Shown: positions 19,789 through 29,402 of the stretch, piece by piece
Position numbering within the stretch: position 1 is the stretch's first letter
Layout: every line of letters starts with the position of its first letter
DNA from: Pyrodictiaceae archaeon
Lineage (GTDB): Archaea; Thermoproteota; Thermoprotei_A; Sulfolobales; Pyrodictiaceae
Length of the DNA: 64,000 bases
Assembly: GCA_027036135.1 (NCBI GenBank)
Contig: JALVSY010000007.1
Location: 996,880-1,060,879 of the forward strand
Direction: 5' to 3'
Notes under the pieces: generated by a model
What the model saw: only the letters and a program-made list of their open reading frames with translations
What the model was told of the DNA's origin: nothing
Database searches by the model: none
Program-made: the position numbers and the translations under genes

Positions 19789-22644
19789 ATGAGTACAAGG
19801 AATGAATCACCGTTAATGATGCTAAATGAGAAAGTAGTAGAGCTCATTAAGAGGCGTGGATGGAGCAACCTAACAGAGGTACAGGAGAAAGCTATAGGAC
19901 CGATTCTACGCGGCGATAATGTTGTGATTGTGGCTCCGACAGGGTTTGGCAAAACAGAGGCAGCGCTGCTCCCAATACTTTCGCGGATGGTTGAAGAGCA
20001 ACCAGAGCCAGTTTCAGTGCTCTACATCACGCCGCTTCGTGCACTCATAAATGATCTCTATGAGCGGATTAGCTGGTGGGCAGAGCAGCTGGGCTTCATT
20101 GTAGCACGTAAGCACGGTGACGTGTCTCATGCTGAGAGGGCGCGTCGTTTACGGAAGGTCCCACACATCCTTATAACAACGCCTGAGAGCCTTGAGATAG
20201 ACCTTGATTGGGCTTCTCGTTTCCGTGTACATTATCGTAACCTTAAATGGGTAATAATAGACGAGGTCCACGAAATAGTCTCCTCTAAGCGTGGTGTGCA
20301 ACTGGCTGTGCTTCTTGAGCGTTTCAGAAAGCTTGCTGGCGATTTCCAGCTAATAATGATATCAGCTACAATAGGCAAGCCAGAAGTAATCGCAGAAGCC
20401 TTCAAGGGTAGCTCGAAGAGACGAATAAGTGTTATTAGTGTTGATAAGCGCAAAAACATTAAGATAACGATAGATTATGTTAATGCACCAAGTACTGAGT
20501 TCTGGAAGAAGTCGGCAGAGAAGCTACTAGAGCACATGGAGCCCCTTACACTAGTATTTGTTAACTCGAAGCATGTTGCGGAGAGACTTCACGAGGAAAT
20601 AGAGAAGAAGGGAATAGATGGAGTAGTTGTGCACCATGCGTCAATCTATGGTGAAGAGAGACAGAGAATAGAGAGAATGGCAAAGCAAGGAAAAATAAAA
20701 ATGATAATAGCCACGAAGACTCTCGAACTCGGCATTGATATAGGCTCTGTTAAAAAGGTCATATTATTTAGGCCGACAGGCACGGTCTCATCACTTATAC
20801 AGAGACTGGGCAGAAGCGGGCACAGTATCGAGGGAGACATTAGAGGCGTAATAATAACAACTGATAAAGTAGAGCTTCTCGAAGCGCTTTCGGAAGCCCG
20901 ACTCGCTATAAGAGGCGAGGTCGAGCCCCCGCGTCTTCCGAGAAAACCACTCGATATGATAGCACGAGCCATTATAGGCATGGCGCTCTCCGGCATGTAC
21001 ACGGTAGATGAAGCATATGAAACACTAAGAGAAGTTAGCTACTTTAAGGACCTATCTAGGGAGGAATTTGATCACCTCATAAAATACTTGATAGAGAACA
21101 AGATGATCAAGATCAATGGTGAAAACAAGGTAGTTCCGGGCTCACAGTTCTACAGAATATGGCGCTTCGACGCGGGAGATACAAGCAGGTATAGCTGGTG
21201 GGTACACAACTTCTCAGAATTCTTCACCACGATAGGCGAGAAAAAAGCATACATAGTTAAAACAGTTGACGGGAAAACAGTGGGTGAGCTGGACTCAGAG
21301 TATGTTATGAGGCTTCTTAGAGTCGGGCAGGTTCTTCGACTTGGAGGCAGGAACTGGCAAGTAATAGACATAGATGAGCATACAAACAAGGTAACAATAA
21401 CAGAGGCAAGTACCGGGACAGCGGCAGTACCCTTCTGGAAGGGACAGGGACCGCAGGCATCTAGCCTCGTTATAGGAGAGTTGGAGAAAGTTCTAAGTGA
21501 ACTACATAATGGTGGTGTGAAGCTCCCAGAAGGTATAGAGCTCACACAAGACGCGAAGAAAGCAATGATGGAGCTGGAGGACGAGGTTCGTAAGTATCGG
21601 TATCCTCATCCAAGCTCTAGGAGAATCATTGTTGAGCAACTAGCCGACGAGATAGCCTATATGATGCTTGCACCAGAGCCAGCGGTGAGAACACTTGCTT
21701 ACATAGTGATGTTGGAGATGTACAGAGAGAACTCCGAGACATATACAAAGATAACGCATTACGGCTTCGCGGTACCCTCAAAGATACTAAGCTTTGATCC
21801 AATAAAATTCCTAGCATCGCTAGAGAGGGAAGAGTTCGAAGAAAGGGTACGCGAAGCAGCTGAGAGATCACCTTTCTTTGTAGAGACTGTGCATAATATA
21901 CAACTAGTATTTGGTATAACACGTAAACTGCTTCCTAGCGATATGCTCGTATACAAAGAGGCTATACGCCAAACCATAGAGAACTACTTCGACCCCATAA
22001 ATGCATGGAGAATAATCGAGGGCTTGAAGAAGGGAGACATAGAAGTTGGCATTAATACTAGTAGATCAAGCATCTATGCCCGCACATTAGTTAAAGAAGC
22101 ACCTGAGAAACCATGGATAGGTAATGTACAAGACCTCGTAGCAGAAGTACTAAAAGGCATGGCATTCACTGTTGAAGAGCTTTCAGAAGCACTAGGGCTC
22201 CCAATAGACATCATAGAGTCGGCGTTACGTTCAATGAAGATGCCGGGTTCGCGGTACAGAGTGTTCAGCTTCATAGACGTTGATACCGGCGAGGAAAGAT
22301 GGGCCCTAGTAGAGGACGCCGAGGAGATTGCATCCTCAGAGGAATTCTCGTCATCGTTTACTCCGCAGAACAAAGACACGCTATACCTAATGCTCGTCAA
22401 GAACGAGACGGGAAGCCTAGTCCATGTGGTTGCGAGAGTAATCGATGTAATGAATAACCCCGAGACCATTATTAAGCAAATACCCTTTGAAGAAATATAT
22501 GAGCTCAGGGTGATGCCGCTAACAAGCTACTATGAAGGCAAGCCTATAAAGTACCAACTAGTCCCTAGGAAAATAGCCCCCCTGCTGCTGCTAAACGCTG
22601 CAGCAATTACACAGAAGATAGAAGTATCGAATCTACTAATATAA
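19789..22644 (+). CDS. lhr: Lhr-family SF2 helicase
   Basis: APTGFGKT, PLRALIND, DEVH, SAT, TLELGIDIG, QRLGRSGH; GELD...LGGRNW and PFWKG Lhr-specific domain; C-terminal HTH. Confidence 0.92.
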   Translation: MSTRNESPLMMLNEKVVELIKRRGWSNLTEVQEKAIGPILRGDNVVIVAPTGFGKTEAALLPILSRMVEEQPEPVSVLYITPLRALINDLYERISWWAEQLGFIVARKHGDVSHAERARRLRKVPHILITTPESLEIDLDWASRFRVHYRNLKWVIIDEVHEIVSSKRGVQLAVLLERFRKLAGDFQLIMISATIGKPEVIAEAFKGSSKRRISVISVDKRKNIKITIDYVNAPSTEFWKKSAEKLLEHMEPLTLVFVNSKHVAERLHEEIEKKGIDGVVVHHASIYGEERQRIERMAKQGKIKMIIATKTLELGIDIGSVKKVILFRPTGTVSSLIQRLGRSGHSIEGDIRGVIITTDKVELLEALSEARLAIRGEVEPPRLPRKPLDMIARAIIGMALSGMYTVDEAYETLREVSYFKDLSREEFDHLIKYLIENKMIKINGENKVVPGSQFYRIWRFDAGDTSRYSWWVHNFSEFFTTIGEKKAYIVKTVDGKTVGELDSEYVMRLLRVGQVLRLGGRNWQVIDIDEHTNKVTITEASTGTAAVPFWKGQGPQASSLVIGELEKVLSELHNGGVKLPEGIELTQDAKKAMMELEDEVRKYRYPHPSSRRIIVEQLADEIAYMMLAPEPAVRTLAYIVMLEMYRENSETYTKITHYGFAVPSKILSFDPIKFLASLEREEFEERVREAAERSPFFVETVHNIQLVFGITRKLLPSDMLVYKEAIRQTIENYFDPINAWRIIEGLKKGDIEVGINTSRSSIYARTLVKEAPEKPWIGNVQDLVAEVLKGMAFTVEELSEALGLPIDIIESALRSMKMPGSRYRVFSFIDVDTGEERWALVEDAEEIASSEEFSSSFTPQNKDTLYLMLVKNETGSLVHVVARVIDVMNNPETIIKQIPFEEIYELRVMPLTSYYEGKPIKYQLVPRKIAPLLLLNAAAITQKIEVSNLLI

Positions 22645-22678
22645 GAGCAACTAACACGGTTCCATTAGTTATGGGAGG

Positions 22679-22736
22679 GTGCGATGAAGATCGCCGCGAC
22701 ACTGAGTAAGTGATGAGGGTCCGTGTTTCAGAGCAC
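22679..22736 (+). ncRNA. C/D box guide sRNA
   Basis: GTGC/GCAC stem; ATGAAGA-tcgccgcgaca-CTGA-GTGATGA-gggtccgtgttt-CAGA. The D guide is complementary to LSU rRNA AAACACGGACC. Confidence 0.88.
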
Positions 22737-22766
22737 AACCTTTTCTTAAATTTAGTATTTTTGTTA

Positions 22767-22839
22767 ATGATGAGAACTCGCCCGTCAATGACCATTTTAT
22801 CTCTAGAATATGAGGGATGAAGACGTTATCCCCGGCTGA
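22767..22839 (+). ncRNA. C/D box guide sRNA
   Basis: ATGATGA-gaactcgcccgtca-ATGA...ATGAAGA-cgttatccccgg-CTGA. The D guide is complementary to 23S CCGGGGAUAAC. Confidence 0.85.
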
Positions 22840-22855
22840 GGAGAGGACAACGGCA

Positions 22856-23386
22856 ATGACAAAGATATATACTTACATAGTTATTACGATGAGTGTCAAG
22901 CAAACGGCCTCAATGGCCAATCTTCTCGCCATATTATCGGAAAACGAGCCTATAGAGCTAATAGACCATGATGAAGCTACACGTAGAATCATAGTGCGTG
23001 CTCCGCCTAGCGAGGCAGGTTATCTAGAACTATTAGTGAATAAGTATGCGTCGTCTGCTAGCTTTGAGGTAAAGGCTAGCATAAAGAAAAGCATTAGTTC
23101 AAAATACTTGGCGCGGCTCGGAGCAAAGTATGTGAGACATAGGAGACTGCTCTTTTACTGGAACTGCAATGGTGGAGCAGTATTCGGGGAGCAAAAGCCC
23201 CGTTCAGGAATATTGCTCAAGTATTGTAGAGAAGCAAGTGGTATAGATCCTGCAATGATACCCTACAGTCTCTGTAGCTTCAATCCATTTGAGCAAAGGA
23301 TAACCAGTATTCTAGAGAAGGCAAGACAATGCTTCATCAAGTTTGTTGCTAAGCTTAGTCGTAATGTTCCCTCCGGTACTAACTAG
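22856..23386 (+). CDS. Hypothetical protein (start probably 22856 or later; the ATG at 22817 is the sRNA C' box)
   Basis: Long ORF directly upstream of alba. Confidence 0.6.
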   Translation: MTKIYTYIVITMSVKQTASMANLLAILSENEPIELIDHDEATRRIIVRAPPSEAGYLELLVNKYASSASFEVKASIKKSISSKYLARLGAKYVRHRRLLFYWNCNGGAVFGEQKPRSGILLKYCREASGIDPAMIPYSLCSFNPFEQRITSILEKARQCFIKFVAKLSRNVPSGTN

Positions 23387-23441
23387 CTTTATATTACTGG
23401 AGCAAGAACGTCTACGAGCGGAAAAGAGCAGGGGTGGCAGT

Positions 23442-23711
23442 ATGGCATCAGCCGAGAACGTCGTGGTAATTGGTAAAAAACCTGTTATGGATTATGTGCT
23501 TGCCGCTATTCTTCTCTTTAACGAGGGATACGACGAGGTAATAATAAGGGGACAGGGCTCAAATATAAGCAAAGCCGTTGATGTATACAATGCACTTGCT
23601 CATAGGCTACAAGACGGTGTTGAAATAGTAAAAATAAATATTGATAGCATAGAAAGAGGGCGCCGATTAATACCGGTAATAGAGATAATTGTGAGACGTA
23701 GGATAGCATAG
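23442..23711 (+). CDS. albA: Alba chromatin protein (Alba2-like paralogue)
   Basis: VVIGKKPVMDYVLA, EVIIRGQGSNISKAVDV; SD-like GGGGTGG precedes ATG 23442. Confidence 0.9.
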   Translation: MASAENVVVIGKKPVMDYVLAAILLFNEGYDEVIIRGQGSNISKAVDVYNALAHRLQDGVEIVKINIDSIERGRRLIPVIEIIVRRRIA

Positions 23712-23882
23712 CAGTTAGCATGTAAGTAGCTAATTTGTGTACTCCTAACCTATACTTATATAGTCATTGTGTGCCCCGCTCCAGTAGTTGTAATCTAATC
23801 TGTCTTGTCTTTATCCTTATTAAGACGTCCTCTTACCGAGTAATGGTATAGTAAAGAGTTATTGGCGTCGTAGGCGAGGTAC

Positions 23883-25205
23883 ATGGAGCAAGTAACTAGT
23901 GTCACTGTGCTAGAGAGGGTTATAGTTGCTCTCTTATCCGGGATGCTGATCGGCATAGAGCGTGAAAAAGCGAGGGTCGCAGCCCTAACTCAGCGAAGGA
24001 AGCGCTCCCGCATCGGTGTCGAGGAACTAGTAGTTAAGGAGTTCCCTGGTCTTCGCACATTCAGTCTTCTTGCAGTCTATAGTGCACTTGTGGGAGTCTT
24101 TATAGATGCAGGGACAATTAGCGGTATTGAGGCATCTCTGCTTATTCTTGGATTTGTCCTCGTTGTCTCGATCTTTGCTGCCTATAGGCTCCTTGTAACA
24201 CGGATAGCTGGTATAACGACAGTAATAGTTATGATGGTTGATTTCGTGATAGGACTTCTAGCGGGTCTCGGGTACATATTAATTGCTGCTAGTATTGCAG
24301 TATTAACTACCTTTGTCCTGGCAATAAAGCTTCCAGCGGAAAGATTTGTTGGCAGAATAAGCTATGAGGAGCTGCTCTGGGCGCTTGAGCTCGGCGTAAT
24401 ATTGATGGTTATTGGGCCATTCTTCATATCCTCTAATCTACGCTTCTACGGTATAAGTCTTAAAAGTCTCTACTTATTCTTCGTCCTCGTCCTCCTAACA
24501 TCCTATATAGGTTATATAGCGGCGAAGATCAAGGGTAGTGAAGGCTTCGCATATGCAGCTCTCTTTGGCGGGATAGCCAATAGTGAAGCGACCCTATCTG
24601 CTCTCTTGTCAATAGCTACTGGCGAGATACGTAGGATTGTAGCCTTCGATGTCACTATTCTCACGAATACAGCTATGCTTCTCAGGAATGGGTTCATAGC
24701 ATTCATAGTAGTCTACCTTGTATCAAACGGGGTAATTGCTCCTAAGGTAGCGCTTTCATTGTTCCTTGCATTTGCTGTTTCATCGCTGCCGATACTTTAT
24801 TCTTGGCAAAGATTAGTCTCTCTGCGCACCGAGCAGCCTCTTGTACAGATAGAGAACCCGTTGAGGTTTAGCACTGCTTTCAAGATGACTATGTTCTACC
24901 TGGTTATGGCGTTTACTGCCTATTTGCTTCGCCATATAGGTTCCTTTGGGCTAGCATTAGTTGTTGTAATAGGAGGTTTTGTATCAAGTAGTGCGACAAT
25001 ACTTGCTCTTACAGCTTTGCAGGGGCTAAGTGCCTCGACGATAGCGTTCCTAGCGGTGATAGCTACTGCCGCTAGTGTCTTAAACAAGCTACTATATGCA
25101 TACCTAGCAACTAGCGATGTTATTGTTCTTCGGAAAGTCTTGATAGCATGTTTATTGCAAGCAGTTCTCATGATACCCGGTATTCTTGTCGCGATATCTA
25201 TGTAG
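23883..25205 (+). CDS. MgtC/SapB-family membrane protein with DUF4010-type C-terminal domain
   Basis: LIGIERE, PGLRTF, GITT, GGIANSEAT; about 12 TM segments. Confidence 0.85.
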   Translation: MEQVTSVTVLERVIVALLSGMLIGIEREKARVAALTQRRKRSRIGVEELVVKEFPGLRTFSLLAVYSALVGVFIDAGTISGIEASLLILGFVLVVSIFAAYRLLVTRIAGITTVIVMMVDFVIGLLAGLGYILIAASIAVLTTFVLAIKLPAERFVGRISYEELLWALELGVILMVIGPFFISSNLRFYGISLKSLYLFFVLVLLTSYIGYIAAKIKGSEGFAYAALFGGIANSEATLSALLSIATGEIRRIVAFDVTILTNTAMLLRNGFIAFIVVYLVSNGVIAPKVALSLFLAFAVSSLPILYSWQRLVSLRTEQPLVQIENPLRFSTAFKMTMFYLVMAFTAYLLRHIGSFGLALVVVIGGFVSSSATILALTALQGLSASTIAFLAVIATAASVLNKLLYAYLATSDVIVLRKVLIACLLQAVLMIPGILVAISM

Positions 25206-25224
25206 ATCTATTAGATATATCGGC

Positions 25225-25761
25225 TTAGGCTGTGAAGGAGAACTGTTGATATACAACTACATGGCCTAAATAGACGAGTATGAGAAATCTCCGTACACCA
25301 CCCGCATATAGTCCCGCTAAGACGGGTGGCGGCGTATCACTCACGTCGGCTATTTTTGCGGAGAGGCCTCGAGCTATCTTAGCGACGTCGCGCACTATTT
25401 TCTTAGCGTGAACTCTACTGCTAGGACTAAAGTTGGTGCGGTAAACATGTACATAGCCTAGTTGTGCTAGTTCGTCAAGTAACGTGTTTAGAGGAGCCCA
25501 TCCACGAATAGGCTCACGTGGGGCAACAACCCTTATGGCTCTACTGCTGCCTACACTATTGAGTACTATAGCAGCTATTACATTCTCGACGGCGGCTCTA
25601 ACTACTACTGTGTCGGGTATGTACTCTCCACCTAGGAACCTAGATAGCTCCTTAGTAGCCCTCTTGGGCTCTCTTAGAAAGGATTCCACGAGTACTGCGC
25701 GGTTCTCTTCGCTAGGCTCCTCTAGGACTCTCCTATAGACCTCTATTATGGGTAGTTCCAC
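25225..25761 (-). CDS. Hypothetical protein
   Basis: 178-aa ORF translationally close to the upstream gene. Confidence 0.6.
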   Translation of the reverse strand: MELPIIEVYRRVLEEPSEENRAVLVESFLREPKRATKELSRFLGGEYIPDTVVVRAAVENVIAAIVLNSVGSSRAIRVVAPREPIRGWAPLNTLLDELAQLGYVHVYRTNFSPSSRVHAKKIVRDVAKIARGLSAKIADVSDTPPPVLAGLYAGGVRRFLILVYLGHVVVYQQFSFTA

Positions 25762-25764
25762 GGC

Positions 25765-26358
25765 TTACTCACCACAAAGTACCCTACTAGATAAGCCCTT
25801 GTCATCTAGATCCGTGAGACTTGTACAGCTCCCGCCGCCTAGACATAGTATTGTGATGCCTTTGTACTCTACCGCCCCAGGGCCGCAGTCGCACGAAACG
25901 AGTATTTTCACTGGGTAATTATTAATAATTTCGCGTAATTCGTGTAAACCTCTTCTTCCACCAAGCAGGGATTCGTCGCAGATCCTGTATGGGCAAAAAT
26001 AGCTCGCAAGGATTATGTACCTCTTAGTCCCTCTCGCTAATATTTCGTTGAGCATTCTTTTCACTGCATTGATGTTAGCTATCGGATCTCTTCCACCTAT
26101 TCCTGCAATATACCAATTATCACCAATATATTGAACCCTGCTCTCAATGAATATTGTTCTCCTGTCAAGAAGCGTAGCTATGTAGTGGTCGTCGAAGCGC
26201 CCAGTAATGCTGTACACCTTGTCTATTCTATTCTCATCTAAGGGTAATGTCCCGCCTAGAAGCAGTACTATAGATTCCTCAGTACCCCTACGGTTAATAA
26301 GGTTATACAAGTGCTCATTGCCCCTGTTGCAGAGAGCTATCAGTCGCAAAGGGGACAA
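25765..26358 (-). CDS. Degenerate metallophosphoesterase-fold protein
   Basis: Spacing resembles calcineurin-like motifs (LLLGGT, SITGRFD, YIAGIGG, LASYFCP, LVSCDCG), but the metal-binding D/H/N residues are replaced. Confidence 0.5.
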   Translation of the reverse strand: MSPLRLIALCNRGNEHLYNLINRRGTEESIVLLLGGTLPLDENRIDKVYSITGRFDDHYIATLLDRRTIFIESRVQYIGDNWYIAGIGGRDPIANINAVKRMLNEILARGTKRYIILASYFCPYRICDESLLGGRRGLHELREIINNYPVKILVSCDCGPGAVEYKGITILCLGGGSCTSLTDLDDKGLSSRVLCGE

Positions 26359-26424
26359 GCCCCTCCGCGCTACAATGTATCCTCATTCATGACCGTCTGG
26401 CCGCCCATCGTTCTTCATCGGGGC
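26359..26424 (-). ncRNA. C/D box guide sRNA (16S-targeting)
   Basis: Minus strand: GCCCC stem, ATGAAGA-acgatgggcggc-CAGA...TGAATGA-ggatacattgtagcg-CGGA, GGGGC. Guides pair with 16S CCGCCCGUCG and GCUACAAUG. Confidence 0.85.
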
Positions 26425-26498
26425 CACGAATCAGTAACAATTACTCCTTGTTTAATATATGGTTACACGCAAAAGAGTGAATGGCTCGTCCTGAGCCC

Positions 26499-27056
26499 CT
26501 ATTCTTTACATGTTGCCCTTTGCGTCTTCTTATTAGTTACCTTGTTTATATGGATTTGGAGAAGGAATGCTAAGTCACTGAGCCTGTTCAATAGCTTAGC
26601 TATTGTTTCCTTCTTTGAGCTAGCTAGTTCTGCTTCAGCTATGCATCTCCAATAGCTCCTCTCTGCTCTACGAATTGTCGCTCTCGCGAAGGAAGTAGCT
26701 GCCGCTGCTGGGTGCCCTCCATTAAGCACGAAGAGCGGCTCTACTTCCGAGGCATACTCGTCTATGTATTCCTCTATGCGCTGGACATCGTTGCTATCTA
26801 TACAATTATGCCCGGCTAGCGTAAACCCTATGCGGAATAAGATCTTCTGCATATATTCTAGGACCTTGGCCTCCTCACTAAGGTTCGGTGCAAGCGCCTC
26901 TAATAGGCTCTGTGCGAGCCCAAGACTCGCCTCGGCCTCATCAAGTGCTCCAACGAACTCTATACAACTATGAGTTTTAGGTACTTTGCGCTTAGTTATA
27001 ATGCAATAAGTATAGCCCTCATCGCCGCTCCCTATTCGTGGCTTAAATACTCTCAT
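26499..27056 (-). CDS. pduO: PduO-type ATP:cob(I)alamin adenosyltransferase
   Basis: GDEGYT, GALDEA, RATIRRAER, LNRLSD. Confidence 0.88.
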   Translation of the reverse strand: MRVFKPRIGSGDEGYTYCIITKRKVPKTHSCIEFVGALDEAEASLGLAQSLLEALAPNLSEEAKVLEYMQKILFRIGFTLAGHNCIDSNDVQRIEEYIDEYASEVEPLFVLNGGHPAAAATSFARATIRRAERSYWRCIAEAELASSKKETIAKLLNRLSDLAFLLQIHINKVTNKKTQRATCKE

Positions 27057-27293
27057 TCTTCGTCGCCGCCAGGAGAGCCCAGTGTAGTGTGGAGGGGATG
27101 GTATTGCTGAAAAATAGTGTTCGGACAGCCAGTACTAGGTCTCACGAGACTAGATATATAGTCGTGTAATCGCTTATCCCAGCTATGAGGAGCATCTGCG
27201 CAGGTATGGAGAATTCAATGACAAAGAAGACATCCAGGTATTCAGGGAAGAGCTTTAGTACACTAGCTACTCCGGCTGAGGAGGTGGTAACTG

Positions 27294-27788
27294 ATGCAAA
27301 ATACTAGTATAGACGAATTAGTCATTATTAGGAAGGCAAAGAAAGAGGATATACCAATAGTTATGTACATTAACAAGGTCTCCCTTCCGGAGAACTATCC
27401 GGAGTGGTTCTTTGAGGAGCACCTCGAGAGATGGGGTGAAGCATTCTACGTAGCCGAGGTAGGCGATAAAGTTGTTGGTTATGTGATGTCGAGGGTTGAG
27501 TTTGGTGCACCCTATGTGGTTGAGGGGAGCATTGTTAAGAAGGGGCATATAGTCTCTATCGCTGTTCTTGAGGGCTATAGGCGGAGAGGCATAGGCCGCC
27601 GATTAATGGAGAATGCGCTACGTTCCCTTAAGGAGGTATATGATTGTAAGGAGGTTTATCTTGAGGTCAGGGTATCTAATATGCCTGCTATTAGGCTTTA
27701 CGAGAAACTCGGCTTCAAGAAGGTACGTATTATCCCGATGTATTATCTTGACGGAGAAGATGCTTACCTAATGGCTCGGCCTCTATGA
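27294..27788 (+). CDS. rimI: N-alpha-acetyltransferase (Ard1/RimI family)
   Basis: LPENY, GHIVSIAV, RRRGIG, LEVRVSN, YYLDGEDA. Confidence 0.92.
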   Translation: MQNTSIDELVIIRKAKKEDIPIVMYINKVSLPENYPEWFFEEHLERWGEAFYVAEVGDKVVGYVMSRVEFGAPYVVEGSIVKKGHIVSIAVLEGYRRRGIGRRLMENALRSLKEVYDCKEVYLEVRVSNMPAIRLYEKLGFKKVRIIPMYYLDGEDAYLMARPL

Positions 27789-27858
27789 CTATTATTTGCA
27801 TCGATTACAAAATAATCAAAAAGGTTATGAAGAAGCTACGAAATATTGTTTATCTCAG

Positions 27859-28170
27859 TTACTTTAGCCCGAGTCTCTTTAACGCATAGTATACTGTTGA
27901 TTCGGGTCTATCGAGTCTCCTAGCAATCTCGTAGATACTTGCTCCCTGTGTATAGAGTCTCTTTATTTGTTCTAGTTCTTCTTCGCTTAGGCGCCTATGC
28001 TTAGTATAATGCCCTCTTCTCCTCTTTATACGACCCATCGCCTCTAGTCTGTCAAGGACCTTGTATACCGTGCTCATACTATTACCACAATGCTTCGCTA
28101 TCTCCTTGACAGGGACTCCTTCCTTATACAGCTTCTCCACTATCTTTAGGCACTCATCTACTGAGGGCAC
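27859..28170 (-). CDS. Tandem helix-turn-helix protein
   Basis: Two HTH units: LYKEGVPVKEIAKHCGNSMSTVY and LYTQGASIYEIARRLDRPESTVY. Confidence 0.8.
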   Translation of the reverse strand: MPSVDECLKIVEKLYKEGVPVKEIAKHCGNSMSTVYKVLDRLEAMGRIKRRRGHYTKHRRLSEEELEQIKRLYTQGASIYEIARRLDRPESTVYYALKRLGLK

Positions 28171-28254
28171 GCCTTATCCCCCCAAGCCTTCTCTGCTGGA
28201 GGGGCTTTTGAACATTCGGCTCCTTATAATACATAGTGAGGTGATGTCGCGGGC

Positions 28255-28494
28255 ATGAGCGGTGTTATACTTGTCTCGTCACGCAGTATAAGTGATGTGT
28301 GCCTATCTATAGGCTCTAGGGTGTTTACTCTCAAGAGCTTCATAGTTGTCAGAGACGATTCTGAAATAGGTATGCATGATATTCTACCTAGTGCTCTAGG
28401 CATGAGTAGTGCCCGTGATATCGTTGTTTGTTTAGAGAAGAGTGATTACCGATATGAAGGCTTTGACTTGGTAAGAGGATATTTAGTGGTCTAG
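28255..28494 (+). CDS. Small hypothetical protein
   Basis: 79-aa ORF with SD-like GAGGTGA upstream. Confidence 0.45.
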   Translation: MSGVILVSSRSISDVCLSIGSRVFTLKSFIVVRDDSEIGMHDILPSALGMSSARDIVVCLEKSDYRYEGFDLVRGYLVV

Positions 28495-28518
28495 GGGTAG
28501 TCCTAAATTCGGTTACGA

Positions 28519-28815
28519 GTGCACTATATCTACATGACTGTGCTCTCTCGTAGAGGTGGTGTCTCCGTGGGGGAAGAAAAAGTACTAGCTTATCTCCTAA
28601 TAGTCGCAGAGGTTGGTAAAGAGTACGAAATTATCGAGAAAATAAAGGATATAGCTCGTAATGTAGGGGTTGAAGCAGAACCCAGTGTAGTCTATGGTGA
28701 GTATGATATAGTAGTGCGTATAATATCGGATAGTCTTAGAAAGATAGATAAAGCTGTAACAATGATAAGATCCTTGCCCGGTATACTAAGGACTATAACC
28801 CTTATAGCTGCCTAG
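28519..28815 (+). CDS. Lrp/AsnC ligand-binding (RAM) domain protein; true start probably ~28567
   Basis: AYLLI..EVGKE, VYGEYDIVV, IRSLPGILRTITLI. Confidence 0.85.
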   Translation: MHYIYMTVLSRRGGVSVGEEKVLAYLLIVAEVGKEYEIIEKIKDIARNVGVEAEPSVVYGEYDIVVRIISDSLRKIDKAVTMIRSLPGILRTITLIAA

Positions 28816-29306
28816 TCAGCACTTATATTAATAACTAGTATATCTCCTTCCTCTTTCATCTCGACACCGTATGCCTTTGCAACGCCTTTTACAAGGTCCT
28901 TAATAGCCCTATCAGTTTTATTAGACACCATTACTATTATCTTGTCCTTCTCCTGTATGGCTGTCTTTAGGTTCTCTAGGAACAGCTCAATAGCTTCCTC
29001 TAGGCGCACTCCTAGATTCTTAAGCAGGATACCGATGCGCTCCCCTTCTCGCTCTAGGTCGTTCTCGTCTAGATTGCATTCACTAACTATATCTGCTGGT
29101 ATAAGTAAGAGTCCTGCTCCACGTAGCTTCGAGAGTAGTAGCGCTTTTCGTAGCGCTAGGGGCGCGAATAATCCTCGATTCTCAGCCTCGATGAGGTTTG
29201 TTAAGAGGCTACGCATGTAGGCAGCGAGGGTCATTCCATGTTTGTTAGCTATGTTCTTTACGGCATCGACTAATTCAGCGTCCAACATCATTGGCTTCCT
29301 ACGCAT
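28812..29306 (-). CDS. Ribbon-helix-helix protein with C-terminal alpha/beta domain
   Basis: RKPMMLDAELVDAVKNIANKHGMTLAAYMRSLL RHH pattern. Confidence 0.7.
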   Translation of the reverse strand: MRRKPMMLDAELVDAVKNIANKHGMTLAAYMRSLLTNLIEAENRGLFAPLALRKALLLSKLRGAGLLLIPADIVSECNLDENDLEREGERIGILLKNLGVRLEEAIELFLENLKTAIQEKDKIIVMVSNKTDRAIKDLVKGVAKAYGVEMKEEGDILVINISAD

Positions 29307-29402
29307 GGTTGCCTAGTCCCGTGGGGCAGTATGCTGGTCCTAGCTTATAGGGGATTGGTTCCCTCAACTTGTTGAGTATTTCAATAAAAGAGTTTATACT
29401 GA

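Noticed and set aside
27057-27293. Possible C/D sRNA or small ORF upstream of the acetyltransferase (ATGAGGA at ~27185, CTGA at ~27276; frame YPSYEEHLRRYGEF...)
   Set aside because: Box spacing is wrong, there is no terminal stem or recognisable guide, and the peptide-like frame has no start codon
27859-28170. Tandem HTH as a transposase fragment
   Set aside because: No DDE domain, terminal inverted repeats or target-site duplication seen nearby
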